NCBI RefSeq assembly: GCF_037042905.1
Contig: NC_087245.1
Span: 15,378,001-15,438,000 of the forward strand
Length of the DNA stretch: 60,000 nt
Reading direction: 5' to 3'
From: Lytechinus pictus
Taxonomy: Eukaryota
Shown: positions 1-13,720 of the stretch, piece after piece
Layout: each line of letters starts with the position of its first letter
How positions within the stretch are numbered: the stretch's first letter is position 1
Notes under the pieces: generated by a model
What the model was told of the DNA's origin: nothing
The model's database searches: none
Seen by the model: the letters and a program-made list of their open reading frames with translations, nothing else
Program-made: the position numbers and the translations under genes

Positions 1-2559
1 TCGAGGAATTGATGGTTCATTTACAGTTTCCTCTGCAGTGGCGTTATGAGCCAAAACTTTTGAGGGGTTCGATATGGCGTATATATCGATACTTAATAAA
101 GAGTTGCGAGCGAGCAAAAATTTTCCACATTTTTATTACAAAAATCCAAGATTGTGACATAATATTCAGAAAATAGTATCATACTTCACCTTTATCCCTT
201 TCCTTTTACTTTTACTTTCCTTTTCTCTTTTTTTTTTTTTTATATCTTGGTCGTGAATTTTTGTGTGTGGGGGCAATAGCACCAAGCCCCCTCTTCATCT
301 GTACGACAGGGTTCCTCTGGTGTAAAAAGAGCCATTTTATCCAACCAATTTTGAAAAGAAAATCTTCTGAGAATCTTACACAGTTCATTGCAAGATTCCT
401 TGTATTAGATTGTCCTTCCGGTAACCTCCAAATAAAGTGTTTTTCCATTCCCGGAAGGCATTGCAGGTGATCATAATGCACTTAAAAATGAATGATTTGT
501 CAAGTTAATTTCCATGTGTGTTGCGAACCGCAAACATATTATATCATAATTGGAAAAGCCATGAAGCATGAAATTTTAGCTTACGCCGTTATGACGATTT
601 TTTTCGGTCATCCACCCTGAATTCATAGTTTTAATAACAACAAAACATTGTTTGGAACGTAATCTTGTCTGTCATGTCTATCTGTAACGATATCTCGTTA
701 TTTTCCTTTAAATAAATTTTCACATCGTGGTTATTAAAAAGATATGTTTTGTTCACTATACATTAGATAAAAATGATGTGTATGAACTAAATTATGTTTA
801 TTATGCAGAACTATTATAAATCTTTAAAACAAACTTCAATAAAAAAGTGAAGGAGTTATCAAATAAATACCAACGTTTGTTTCTATAACAAAGACAATAA
901 CTTACTTTTAAAACCTATTTTCGAAACAAAATACGCTCGAATGTTCATTGGCCTGATCTAATTTTCTGCTTCTCCAATCGTAACGACAATTTTTTCGGCA
1001 CATTTACATTAAAGAAATAAACTTTGACTGGGTCTTTGGATTACTGCATACTTCTGCTACCGGGAATGAAAACCTCGTCTTATTTATTTGAAGGGAAACA
1101 ACAACAACTACAGGCTTCACAAAATACCACGACCCAAGATATGCAACCGATTTCCACGTACACTTGTGCGATTGTACTTTGGGTCTGGCTTAAGTAATAA
1201 TCGGACTGGAATGATCCCAACGATTACATTTTGAGGATTCTGGTAGGTTATTTCCGTTATTAAACACCATATTCACTCTCTAGTATGCGAAGAAGATGGA
1301 CAGAGGCCTTCACAATTACTTTATGGCGGATAAAATTGGGACGAAACTGACAGCCCGCCACGCCAGAATGAAGATGCATTGAAGGTTGCAGTGGTATACG
1401 CGGATCGAAGCAAAGGGTGGGGTAGGATGGGGTTTCAGGCGCGGGGGCTTGTCCCTTTCACATCCCCTTAATGTAGATCTAGTAGCATCTTGGGGGAAGC
1501 ATAGCTTAAAAGAATTAAAAGGCTTATGACATTCATCCAAAATAATGTCCTTATATTCAATTTCATTTGACACACCTTGGTAATTCTGTGGAGGTTTAAA
1601 ACATCTTTTGAATTATCCTACCTCTCCCTTACCGTACCTTGCACTCCCTCTCCCCCTTTCACTACCAACAAACAAGGTTTTGACATACATATTGTTATTA
1701 TCAATATGTAAAAGGTATATGAAAAATCATTAATTCATATCATATCATTATTTTATTTCCATATTCAGTTTCAATGATAAAAACAAGCATTGTAATCAGC
1801 AAATAAAAAACAAGAACATTTCATATCAAACATAAACAAAAATCTGAAATATGATTACAAATGGAAAAGTGTCAATGGTTTCTTTAAAACTACAGCCTAC
1901 AATGACTCAGTCTGATCACTAATACATACTATAATGTCATGGATGTAATTTCATGTGCTGTAAAACACACAGTAACGTGCCCTTTAAGAGTGTTTTCGGT
2001 GTTTCATTATTTTCCACGCCATATTGCAGATACCGAAGCCATCAAGCGCATAGTGTGACAATATTTGTTTCTTTAGCCAAGAGCATGAAGGAGGGGAGAT
2101 ATAATGTATTTCGATAATAATAGCATTTACTATGTACCCTTAATTTATAGCATTCTTATAGATTTCATTTTCAAATTGAAGTCAAGGTACTTCCGAAAAA
2201 AGGGATCCCTTAAGGACCCGTTTTACACTAGACTATGATAATGTAATTCTTATACTTTGTTGTCGGCACACATTTTTTTTAATATCATCTTGTAAATATC
2301 AGGCCAGGTTATCATAAAAAACGAAGATATATTGAATGCAATAAAAACAACCCTTCCCACAGACTTGCCCATATACCTCTCCTACACCTCCGCCTCCTCA
2401 AAACATTCCACAGACAAACTGACTAATCGTCTACAAGGATTCTACATTTAAATCCCCCACGGTACTGAAGAAAGATGAATAACATTTTACTCAAATGCAT
2501 GATAAAGGCCGGGGGATAAGTGAGTATTATACGTATGCCTCCCTCGCTCAAAGTGCAGT

Positions 2560-2628
2560 GACTGGGAATCGAACCTAGGACTTGCATGCGTCAAGTCAGG
2601 CTTCTTGGACCACTTTACCACGCCACCT
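2560..2628 (-). mobile_element. tRNA-derived SINE head / tRNA-like remnant (copy 1)
   Basis: Minus strand reads GGTGGCGTGGTAAAGTGGTCC...CCTAGGTTCGATTCCCAGTC, giving Pol III A box and B box. No intact cloverleaf. Confidence 0.55.
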
Positions 2629-2699
2629 TACCACGCACACCCACATCCAGAAAGCTCTACCCCATTACACTCCCTCACCCAACACTGAAACAGCGAACT

Positions 2700-2768
2700 G
2701 ACCGGGAATCGAACCTAGGACCTTTACGTGTCTAGTCAGGCGCCTTAGACCACTTGACCATGCCACCT
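2700..2768 (-). mobile_element. tRNA-derived SINE head / tRNA-like remnant (copy 2, diverged tandem copy)
   Basis: Same GGGAATCGAACCTAGGAC...AGTCAGGC...GACCACTT.ACCA.GCCACC motif repeated about 140 bp downstream of copy 1. Confidence 0.55.
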
Positions 2769-3242
2769 TACACACCCCTTAAAATTCATACACACCCACA
2801 TCCAAAAGGAACAGAGCTTCACCCTCTCACATCCACTGATGCGCACGCACACGCACACAGCCGAAACAATCTCGAGGGTAATCAACTCATATAATGCTAA
2901 CAATGATGAGGATAAGAAAGCGCCAATGATTAACATGCATTTGTTTCAATATCAAAGTCCCTATCATGATTCTCAATGCAGTCCCTTTTTTTCTTGAAAA
3001 AATGCCCTACTGTGTCGTCATAACTACAAAATATAATAATCATGCACCTCTTTATTTCGAATAGAACTTAATGAATTCCGATTCAATATAAGGCTGAGAA
3101 ACCAATCTGTTTCTTAACGCTGTATAAGTGATCCCAAATACGGGGATATAATTATGCTTTAATCCTTACAATTATTTGATCGGGTGTGAAAGGCCAGTCG
3201 GGCATGAGTGAAAAAGGGAGAAGTTAAATACGTTCGACTCAC

Positions 3243-3262
3243 CAGTGATTGTATTCCTTCAT
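3243..3262 (-). CDS. Putative first coding exon (MKEYNH..) of an unidentified gene running leftwards
   Basis: gtcATGAAGGAATACAATCACTG|gtgagt. It is the only ATG between the predicted TSS (3460) and a strong donor at 3242. No downstream exon was identified. Confidence 0.4.
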
Positions 3263-3456
3263 GACGTTTAGCCTCTCAAAATGAATTATATCTGCCTGAC
3301 TATCTCCTAAAGCGCTAAATCCTAATGGAACGACGATGATAGGAGTGGATGAGATTTTTTTCAGCTAGTGTTGTCTGAGCTTGCCGAAATCCAGATTGAA
3401 AAAAAAACACCAGCGTGACCAAAGAGCGCTCTCCGCTCAGTTGTGAAACTCGCAGA

Positions 3457-3492
3457 CAATGACGGCGCTCGATATTTTACACCATATTTATA
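3457..3492 (-). promoter_or_regulatory. TATA box + initiator core promoter
   Basis: Minus-strand TATAAATA (3485-3492) starts 32 nt upstream of the A of an Inr-like TCATTG (+1 about 3460). It is followed by a CpG-containing leader and a GTGAGT donor. Confidence 0.5.
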
Positions 3493-3677
3493 TCAAAAGA
3501 AAAAATGGAAGGCTTTAATATTCTACCCCTGTCAATACCAACTCAACCCCCCTCCACCACCATTAATCTCTCTCCCTTCGAGCCTATCCACATTCTCTTG
3601 GAATAAAGTACCACATATACCTACTCACTCACTCACTCACTCAACTCTCTCCCTCACCATCTCATCCCCTTCCGTTT

Positions 3678-4088
<411 letters not shown>

Positions 4089-5154
4089 CTCCCTGTCTCC
4101 CCACCCTCTCCCTCTCTAGATTTACCCATTATAATGAGACTTTTCATGATAGGGAAATGTTAAGTTTTTTTGTTTTAATTTTACTCCCATAACCCCCCCT
4201 ATCTCACCTACAACTTTTTAATCTTTATCTTAATTTGGCGAAGACAAATCATGATAACATGAAAAGTGTAAAAAAAAAGCCCATTATAACAGCTTCGGGA
4301 CGAACTTAACTTGAGATAAATCAAGACATATCATAGGTCACACAGCACAATTCACAACTTCGTATTTTTTGTTGTTGTTCACCCCTCCTATTTTTCTCGC
4401 TCTATATCTGTTTCCCTTTACTCCCCCACTCCTTTCTTTGATGTCACTAATTTAACAGGAGGTACATCGACCGATATGACTTGTGTCACGGAACAAACTA
4501 ACGACATATAGCTCGGAATCGCTCCAATAGCAAAAACAGTTTCATGAAAAAGCGCGCCGCCCAAGATCAACCAATGAGAAGCCCAAGCATCACACATACA
4601 TGAACGTTCGGTTCACATTAACATGCATGAACCTGTCCAAAAGCTTCGGTATAATGTTTGATCAAGATATCAGAATATCATTTTAACATTCCAATCTTTC
4701 AAAAGCGCGATGTTTTCTCTATCCTTTTCCTATCCACTAGTCTTTGTAAAAGCTTTTAAGCTGTACAAAACTGAGTGTACTGTTTAACAGATTATGTTTC
4801 AGCTAATCTCATAAAATATTCTTACATTGCTTTGTCTGAGAAGTGGTTTTAGGCAAAATCGAAAAATCGTAGGGTACTGGGCGTTCAAAGGGAAATCCAA
4901 TACTGGTATGAAGTGTGCATGAAAAATAAATTGTTCCAAGCCATCTGTCATTTTGATGGCAAAAATGCCCATAAATATTAAATTTGCTATCGTTTAGACA
5001 ACAGTAATTATGAGTTGTCAATTGTGATTATTATCTCTATTTATATATTTCTTTGAATTCAAAATATTAAAATACAGTCTATAACGAAAAGTTCAATTTG
5101 TTAAAACTGGAATAAACAAAAAGATTTTCAGTATTTCATAACATTTCATAACAA

Positions 5155-5400
5155 CCGGTGTGTTGGCTCAGTTTGTAGAGGGTCCGCCTCACACCCGGGA
5201 GGTCCGGAGTTCAAACCCCGGCTGCGTCAGACCAAAAGACGTTAAAAGATGTGAGTTGCTGCTATATACCCTGTTTGGCGTTCAATATTAAGAGGATAGA
5301 GAGCCTTGTCGATCTGGCACTGCACAGTGGCTACCTGGCCCACGATCAATTGCGCAAATGAATAAATATTTTCAGAGAATTTCTGTTTCAAGATTTCTAT
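5155..5400 (+). mobile_element. tRNA-derived SINE (SINE2)
   Basis: Head CCGGTGTGTTGGCTCAGTTTGTAGAG...CTCACAC...GGAGTTCAAACCCCGG with A and B boxes, continuing into a non-tRNA body and AT-rich tail. Confidence 0.7.
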
Positions 5401-6291
5401 TTCGAACAATGAATTATGGATTTTCATTCTGTATTTTTTTTTCATTTTTATAAAACTAAAAAAGACAAAATGATTAACACTTTATTTAGGTAACACTAAT
5501 CAGGAAAATATGCTATAAGGATAATACGTGTTTTTTTAGAGTCGAAGTAGCTTTAATGATTGCTTTATTTTTTTAATTTAAAATAAGGCACAAGTAAATG
5601 CTAGAAAAGCTTTGCAGGTCAATAAATAAGGTAGATCGAAAGTAATGGTGTCATTAAAAAAGAAAATGAAAACAAACAAGAACTATTTGAAAAAAACTTG
5701 AGTTCTACTGTTACAAAAAGAAAGAGAAGGGCTGGTGGTTTAAGGAAAACATGAACTAAAGAATAATGAAATACCAAAAAATAATATACAACAGAAAACA
5801 GAGATGAAAAAATATTCAGAAGTGAAAGACGTACATGTTTAGTGCATGAATTGGGTGGGGTTAAAGAGAAAATCGTAAATAGAAAAAAGAGGGGGCGGCA
5901 GAAATACACATAAGGGAAACGGAAATAAAATAACTGACGTATGATTAAAAAAAAGTGCAGAAGAAAGGACAAAATATAAGATAGAAATTAAAAAATTAAA
6001 AACAGTTCTAGAAGATGTCAATTGCCAAGATTTATACAATTTTTACATCAGAGTAGAATTCAAGTAGGGTAGGGCTACAAAATATTGAATAATACATGAT
6101 GCAAAACGCGATTGTGCTATTACCTTTTTTCAGATGATTGATTAGAAGATGTATACCCAACGAAAATAATGAAATGATATCGTATGCAACTGCAATTCCA
6201 ACTTGCTTTGGGCGCGATTTGTCTAAGCGAGAATATATACGATAAAGGTTACTCAAGCACTCTTGAGAGTTAGATGATATTTTAAATCCAA

Positions 6292-6461
6292 CACTCTAAA
6301 AAAGTTTACCAATATTGGGTAAAATGGGAACATGCATGTTTGTTGGGTAAAAAAATACTAAATATTTTGTAAATTGTACGCAATTTTGCGTTGAAATTTA
6401 CCCTTCAAACATGCATTTCTACCCAATATTGGGTCAATTTTTACTCTCTGTTTTTAGAGTG
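6292..6461. mobile_element. MITE with CACT termini (CMC/EnSpm-like)
   Basis: CACTCTAAAAA...TTTTTAGAGTG terminal inverted repeats, internal CCAATATTGGG palindromes, flanked by a 2-bp AA/AA duplication. Confidence 0.65.
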
Positions 6462-6982
6462 AAGGTTTGACACAAATATCTATAAACTATGACGATTGAA
6501 ATTCCTGTTTTATTTATCAAATATCAAGTATAGACAAATTTTACAAAGTTCGAATTCGGGATGAAATAATTAAACAAAATCTATTGATGCTTGCAGAAAC
6601 ACAAAGGAGTAATAATGATATCGATGGTGATGATTTTGATGATGATGTTGATGATGATGAGGATCATAATGATGTTGATCTTTATGATAAGTATGATGGT
6701 AGGATGAGGGGGGAATTAAAACAATAATGATGATGATCAATAGTGCGGATGACTGTTAACATTGATAGTAGTTATAATAATAACAAAAACAATTATTATG
6801 ATGACAATAATAACAATGATATCAAGATAAATAATGAAACTGATGATGATGATGATTAAAATAATGAAAATAATAATTGCTGATGAAGCCGGAGTTTGAG
6901 CTGAAAAGGGTGTAATAATAATTGCGCTTTGTATCCCCATAAGGAACGGCACTATATCAATCCAGCTTTTATCATTACTATA

Positions 6983-7176
6983 CACTACAGCTGATCAGTA
7001 AAAAATGAATAGATGGCAAGGGTCAGCTGGGTGCAACTGTTAATTCAGTCAGGTTTCAGTATTTTCTAGTCATATTTTACTAGGACACAGTAATTTCTGA
7101 CTAGAATAATGAGACATATGACTGGACATTTCAGTTGCAGCCTACTAGTCTTTTTAATCTGATTCATTTTATAGTG
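6983..7176. mobile_element. Degenerate CACTA-type MITE
   Basis: CACTA...TAGTG termini flanked by TA/TA, with weak subterminal inverted similarity. Confidence 0.4.
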
Positions 7177-8884
7177 TAAAGTCATGACTGTGAAAATAAA
7201 AATAAAACTGTTGTTTGAAACTATATGCTAACCCACAATGCATGAGACCTTGTGACTGAATAAAATTAACGGGGGTCCCGGTACATTACCTTCAAAGGGA
7301 AAAAGGTGCATTATATTAATTTTTTTTTCTGGTTTGAATTATACTCACTACCCCCCCCCCCTCCCCTCTGTCTTTCACCTACAGCTTTTTTATACTATTC
7401 AATCCAAGCCAATGCACGGTTGTGCTGCACTAAATCTGTGTCGCGCACAAAATATTAACATCATCGTCCGGTCGGAAGGATTTCAAACAACTCAAATTTG
7501 TCAACGTTAAGTGTCACATAAAGTGACTATAAGCGAATAATCTATTTTTCGTCTGGTCAATAGAATTTGTTGTCATATTTTGAATTATCATTGACCAACG
7601 GCCTTGCCTCGGCTGAAAATTAAGACTATTCATATAGAATATATAATATTACCTGCAGTTTTATTACTACACCGGTTATTGTGTGATAATTGGATTTGAT
7701 TAAAGTACAATTTATGGTTTACTCTTGCATACGATTTGACCTAGAAGCCGTGTATTATGAAAACGTATACAGTGGAGGCAGCAGGATTTAAAAAAAAAAG
7801 GGGGGGGGGCAAGTGGGAGGAGACATTCTACAGTCCAGAATTTCTCCAGTTTTCAAAATTTCTGGGAATAATTGGGGAGCAACGCTCCTGACGGGGGGGG
7901 GGGGGGGGTCCCAATGCCTCCCTTGTGCCGCCACAGTATATATACAGACGGTCTTACAATCAAGAAATTTGATATTAAATCTTAGGCCACCATGGGCCTA
8001 TGAGGATGGAGGAGGGGGGGGGGGGGTCTATTTGAGGATAATATTCTTAAAAATTTAGTATTTATGAATTTAGTTTCGATAACCTTGCTAATAGTGTAAG
8101 GTTTGTATGGAATTGGTGGCCATCCCCATGCATCAGAACTAAATAAATAAATAAATAAAATGAACTCTCTATCATCTCATTTCTAACTTATTTTTTATTT
8201 CAGCATTGTCATAAATGACAATAATAATTTCCATTCTGAGTGACTATAATATGTTGTCCTAGCATTGCCTAGGAGAAAATAATCACCAGAAAGTGACCAT
8301 TGACCTTGGCCCGATTTGGACAAGGTTTGCAAGGATTTAGGTAAAATCATTTTCCCAATCATTTTCCCAAAAAAAATTTTAAGGAGCGTGGCCCTTCAAC
8401 CATCAACAATGATGACCTAATTATAGTTCAAGTACAGAGAGTCAGTCTATTCGTGATTACCTTCAACGGAGATTACAGACACCAACTCCTTCCGAAATAT
8501 TCAAACTACAATAATATATTGATTTTTTTATAATAGCTTCCAGATGAAAACATAAAAAACATATTTAATTTTGTCAGGTTAAATATGTTTTTCCATCATT
8601 GCTAAAATTCCTTGTTTCTTTAAGCCAAAAGATGGCGGTATTCCGAACCGCTGCCAATGGCCATCGAATTTTCGGATATTCTGATAACGCCATCTTTGCA
8701 AATCTTCAGGTACACCGCATGGGGGGTATTATGAAATGGTGATATGGATTTTAATCAAATGACTTATTAAAATCTAGGGCCCCTATTGCCTGACTAGTAG
8801 TAGTTCTAGTGGTTATTACAGTTCTATTGACCTGACCAGATATATTTTAAATGAGGATGGTTAATTATGGTAGGGTCAATTGTT

Positions 8885-9875
8885 TAATTGGTGACAATGC
8901 TACCTGTTCCACCTCTGAAACTGTGCGTGATCTGGGCGTCACACTGGATGACAAGCTGACTATGAGACAACACATCAGAAACACGTGTCGGTCTGCAGGG
9001 TTTGGATTATCCAAAATAGGAAAGATAAGGAAGTATCTGGATAGTGCGAGTGCGGAAAGACTTGTACATGCTTTCGTCACAACACATCTTGATTACTGCA
9101 ATAGCCTCGATCCTGATCGGACTTCCCAAAACTCAAATAAGTCCATTACAGCACATCCAAAACGCGCGCCGCCGCAAGGCTCATAACACGCTCAAGGAAA
9201 TTTGAACACATCACCCCAATTCTTCAATCCTTGCACTGGCTTCCAATCAAACAAAGGCTACAATTCAAGATCCTTTTCCTCACCTTCAAGGCCAAGCACG
9301 GCATCGCACCTGCATATCTCACTTCACTGATCACATCCAAAGCGACTACTGGTTCCCGTACACTTCGTTCTTCAGCACATGCACACCTAGATCTCGCACC
9401 TGGACCCCGCACCTGCACGAGATACGGCGATCGCGCCTTCTCTTCAATTGCACCCACTCTCTGGAATAGACTTCCTACCCAAATCCGTGATGCTCCTTCT
9501 GTGAATGCTTTCAAGAGCAGACTAAAGACATTTCTGTTTAATTCTTCCTTAATTTCTTAATATCTTTATTATGTGGTACTTAAGTTATTTAAATTTCATT
9601 ATTATTATGACTATATTATGATGCATACATTTAAGCAATTTTTGTGTATTCAATGATAGGGCGTAACATTTTCACCTTAGCCCTACTTAAATGAATAGAT
9701 TGAATTTGAACTGATGTAATAATAATACCAAAACATGCTATCAGTAATGTATATAATTATGTTGAACTCAGATTTTTGTAAAGTATTATATACATGTTTA
9801 CTAATGTGTTATTGTAAAGCGCATTGAAATGATAATGCGCTATATAAATGTAACTTTTATTTATTATTTATTTAA
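8885..9875 (+). mobile_element. 5'-truncated L2-clade LINE (RT C-terminal region, frameshifted) with 3' UTR
   Basis: VRDLGVTLDDKLTM..RLVHAFVTTHLDYCNSL, then in another frame HWLPIKQRLQFKIL..YGDRAFSSIAPTLWNRLP..FKSRLKTFLF. L2-type 3' end AAGCGCATTG..AATGCGCTATATAAAT followed by (TTA)n. Confidence 0.9.
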
Positions 9876-10391
9876 TAATTAACAAGGATCAACATCACTA
9901 TCTCGCTTGCAATAAAGTTCTTGAATAACTTTAATGGGAGTATGTATTTGTATATACACACTTTGGTTTAAAATCACACCCATTCACACCAACCATCGTA
10001 CATAATAATTACACCCACACGCGCGCTCGCGCTAAGTTCATAACTACTGCTGATAACAAACATTTTCTCGATGTAGATCCCGGATGTAGTCTAGACCGAG
10101 TATGATTAATATATTTTTTTCATCACGAGCTTTCCTTTTATTTTCAATTGTTTTCTTGCTCTCAGTGTATAACACATCATGGGAAAATTACAGTTCCTGA
10201 AAGTCCTCATATAAACCGTGTAAACAACCGTGAAATACGGGACAAAGTGCTCCCCAGGCACTTTTTGCGCGGGTAATAACTTGAAGGGAAGTGGGCATAA
10301 TCAGAGGACTTATTGGCGTGGGCAAAGAACGTAGAGTGCGTCAACACTTTGCAAACAGTTTTGAAAACAGCTGATGCCATCTACTTTCATT

Positions 10392-11592
10392 CAGTGTTTC
10401 CACTTGGAAGGAAATTACCTTCTGGGTTCTGGGTAATCCGGATCATTTTTATGTAATTTTGGGGTAATGAAACAATTCCAGGTAATTCCGGGTAATCCGA
10501 AAATCACAATAAAACAACAATTAACCCTAAAATGGCCGGGGGGGGGGGTTGAATCAACCCCCCCTCAACATTTTCTGCGATCATTCTGACGTGCGAAATT
10601 TTTTGACCGCGCCACTCTCAGAGTTTATACTTTTAAGTCTCGCGCATCTTTTGAGACCAAATTTACGACGCCCGGGTACGCGGTTCCGAAATTACGCAAC
10701 ATTTTGTAAGTGCATGTCAGACCAAAAATTGTTCCAAAACGTGATTTTGTGTACAAAGTCAATGCAAATTGAGTTTTCTCATCTTATTCATAAAGATATG
10801 ATTATTTTTACTTTAAACAGCTGAAAGCAATTGATTTTAGCATAATTATGCTTCAAAAAGGTTGTGCAATAAATCTGGTGAAAAAAACAAAGAAAAACAA
10901 AAGGTTGAAAAACAAGGAAATACATAAGAAATTCATAAAACAATAAAATACATAAGAAATTGATTTCCAAACCGAAGTTTTTTTCCATTGCCATTGTTAA
11001 GAATGCTACAAAGAATATTTTTACCAAAAATTAGCATTCTAGGAGCTTTATTTAGTGAATTAGAGCAAAAAGTATGATTTATGCATAAATTAGCATAATT
11101 AATTTATATAAAATAAAATCTCATTATTTTTGAAAATTTTATCATACAGCCTTGTAGATTACATCGCACACTACCAGCGTGCAAATTTTTGCGGCGCTTG
11201 CGCGATCGGCGGCCGAGATCTCAGGGGGGGGGGTTGAATCAACCCCCCCCCCCCCCGGCCACAGAACAGCCAAAAAAGCCCGGCCTAGTTAGGGTTAAAC
11301 CATGCAAATTTTAATATTCATGTTATATTTATTATTGTTTACCTCGTAGTTCAAAATTTTCCGCTCGTTCTCCGCACTCGCATTTTGTATTTTTGCTCCT
11401 ATTTTTAAAGAGGGTGTGAACAAAAAATGTTAAATTCTTTGATTTTTGTCGCTTGGACCAAATTAAGGCTTGCTGTATTATTGTCCGATTTTTGATAAAA
11501 ATCAAACTTGGAAATTTCAGGAAATGTCTATGAATATCGGGAAATTTGGGATTCAGTTTCGGGAATTTTGGTTTGGATCTGTGGAAACACTG
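10392..11592. mobile_element. Non-autonomous hAT-type element (host of nested piggyBac-type MITE)
   Basis: Perfect 12-bp TIR CAGTGTTTCCAC / GTGGAAACACTG. 8-bp TSD CTTTCATT / CTTTGATT (7/8). Subterminal GGGTAAT/GGGAAAT repeats. Confidence 0.8.
10525..11294. mobile_element. piggyBac-type MITE
   Basis: TTAA|CCCTAAAATGGCCGGG ... CCCGGCCTAGTTAGGG|TTAA. Palindromic GGGGTTGAATCAACCCC near both ends. Confidence 0.85.
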
Positions 11593-12956
11593 CTTTGATT
11601 TGTCGTGGATTTTTTTGAATGGGCAGAAGCTGTCATAGCAGGCTATACTTCGAGCGGGCTTCAAGTATTTACGTCTAAGACTCTGAGTTCTTCGAAATAT
11701 CATCTTACAGCCGACGGCATCGACGACTAGCTTCATCGTCATAATGGGTATCTTCGATACTCCCGAGAACAAGCCTTCCTGGACAATAGCGTATAGTGTA
11801 TAATTTTTTTCTCATCGCTGTGAAGGAGTATTTAGACGATGGTATGTGTTAAAAACTTTGACATTTTTTTAAGCATTTAGAATATTCACTTGTGGATTCT
11901 TAATTTCCACAAACTTCTTATGATATACATGCATAGGCTGAATTCTGATAATATTCTTCGTTGTTATTGTCTTTAAGTGAAAATGACATAATGATGATGA
12001 CGATACGGATATAATTATATTTGGCCCGGGATATTTAAAGTTTGTTATTGTGATTGTTCACAAATAAAGTGCAAATTGTAATTTTAATCGATAAACAGCT
12101 TATTTCGCGTCCGCCCGTTTTGACTAGCAAATAACCCAGGCCACATTCACTCTCCCTAACCATTGAAGATTCTTGTTGCATTCCTATTATTGGTATTACT
12201 CAGAACTACTAACTGACTTATACTCAAGATCTTATTATTTCTTGTGATATCTTGAAAGGAAAACATTAATAATTTTTCTTCATTTTCTCTTTTTTCTGTT
12301 TTTTTATTTTCCCTCAAATTACCACCCTCGCAGGTTAAATACATTTCAATTAAAATGTTATACCTTTAAATGGTGTATTATACTGTAAATACGCATTTTG
12401 AAATTTTAAGCTTTGTTTAAATCCTTCACTCTAACAACAAGTTTATTGAACTTTTAAACAATATTATTCAAACTTTTTAAAAATATTGTTTGTACTTCTT
12501 TTAAACAACTCGTTTAAAGGTTAAACAACTTGTTCAAAACTGTAAATTGTGAGAGTGACGGGTGTAAACGACGAGCTTAAAGATTTAAACAGCGTTTTTA
12601 TAAAACTCTGGAACCCATCTAGGCGTATAAAATGGGAAATTTCCGAACTACAGAGGCCCAACATATTGTCGTTATGCAAGGAAGGAAAGCGACAGAGCTT
12701 TACAAAGATTTATGGCCGTTTAAAACCTATATACAAACACTAGATTTTATGCTTTATAGTCGCCTTAAAATTGGAAGGATGGGGACGCAATTATATTCTC
12801 AATATCTATATTTCCCCCCTTTATGTGTCTTTCCCCCTCTTTTTCTCTTTGATTTTGGAGCCCCCCCCCCCCCATTCACTCATGGCACGTTATCCCCCAC
12901 TCCCTTGATTTTATTCCACTGACTTAGAAATGTATATAAATGAAAATCACCCTGAT

Positions 12957-13246
12957 AAGTGGCTTAGAGATGGGGGGGAACTCTGGATGCTTGCCCCCCC
13001 CCCCAAAAAAAAAAAAAAAAAAATACGACCAGCAAAAAAAAAGGAAAAGGAAATAAAAGAGAGAAGGATAAAATATATTATCTTTATATTATTATGTAAA
13101 AATCTATCACAAAATTTTACTTGTTTTACTTGTTTGAAATTGTCGATTTTTTGTTTGTTTGCTCGCTAGCAACTTTTTATAAATTTTGTTTGATAAGCAA
13201 AATCTCGCCCCCCCCCCTTAATTTTTTTTCTCTCATTACGCCACTG
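12957..13246. mobile_element. hAT-type MITE
   Basis: AAGTGGC... / ...TACGCCACTG termini with a perfect 8-bp TSD ACCCTGAT (12949-12956 and 13247-13254). Confidence 0.75.
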
Positions 13247-13720
13247 ACCCTGATTATTCTTTGCTGGTAGTTAAGGAAAGAAGGGAAAGCAATAGAAAGG
13301 GTCGTCTATTGAGTAAATATGTATATGTATCTCGTCGAACATGCAATGCGAGTGCGAAGCGCGAGCGAAAATTTTATGTAGTGACATTAAAGAGTTTTTT
13401 CCAAGTCTTCCCCTCACCTTGTTTTATTTACTCGTCTCCCTCCTCATCTTTGGTCTTTATTCCTCTTTTTCTCCTCTCTTTTCCCTTTTTTCTTTCTGGC
13501 TTCTTCTTTCCCCCCCCCCTTTTTCTTTTTCTTTTTTGCTCCGCCAATGGGGGGAGGGGGGCTCGGGCCCCCACCCCCTGGATCTGCCTATGATTGTTTA
13601 CAAAAAATCACTTTGTTGCATCACAAAATAATATTAGGCATATCAAGTAAAGTGCAAATTTTGTCGAGGGCACTAAATTATAGGCTACCTGTATATACCG
13701 GTATGCAAAGCGCGCGCTCA

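Noticed and set aside
1316..1618. Possible downstream exon of the minus-strand gene starting at 3262
   Set aside because: The candidate acceptor gives a stop in the required phase, and no homology is recognisable.
5155..5230. Possible tRNA-Val gene
   Set aside because: The stems are imperfect and it continues into a SINE body with no terminator, so it is treated as a SINE head.
11332..11772. 146-aa minus-strand ORF
   Set aside because: It crosses the hAT element boundary and has no transposase or other motifs.
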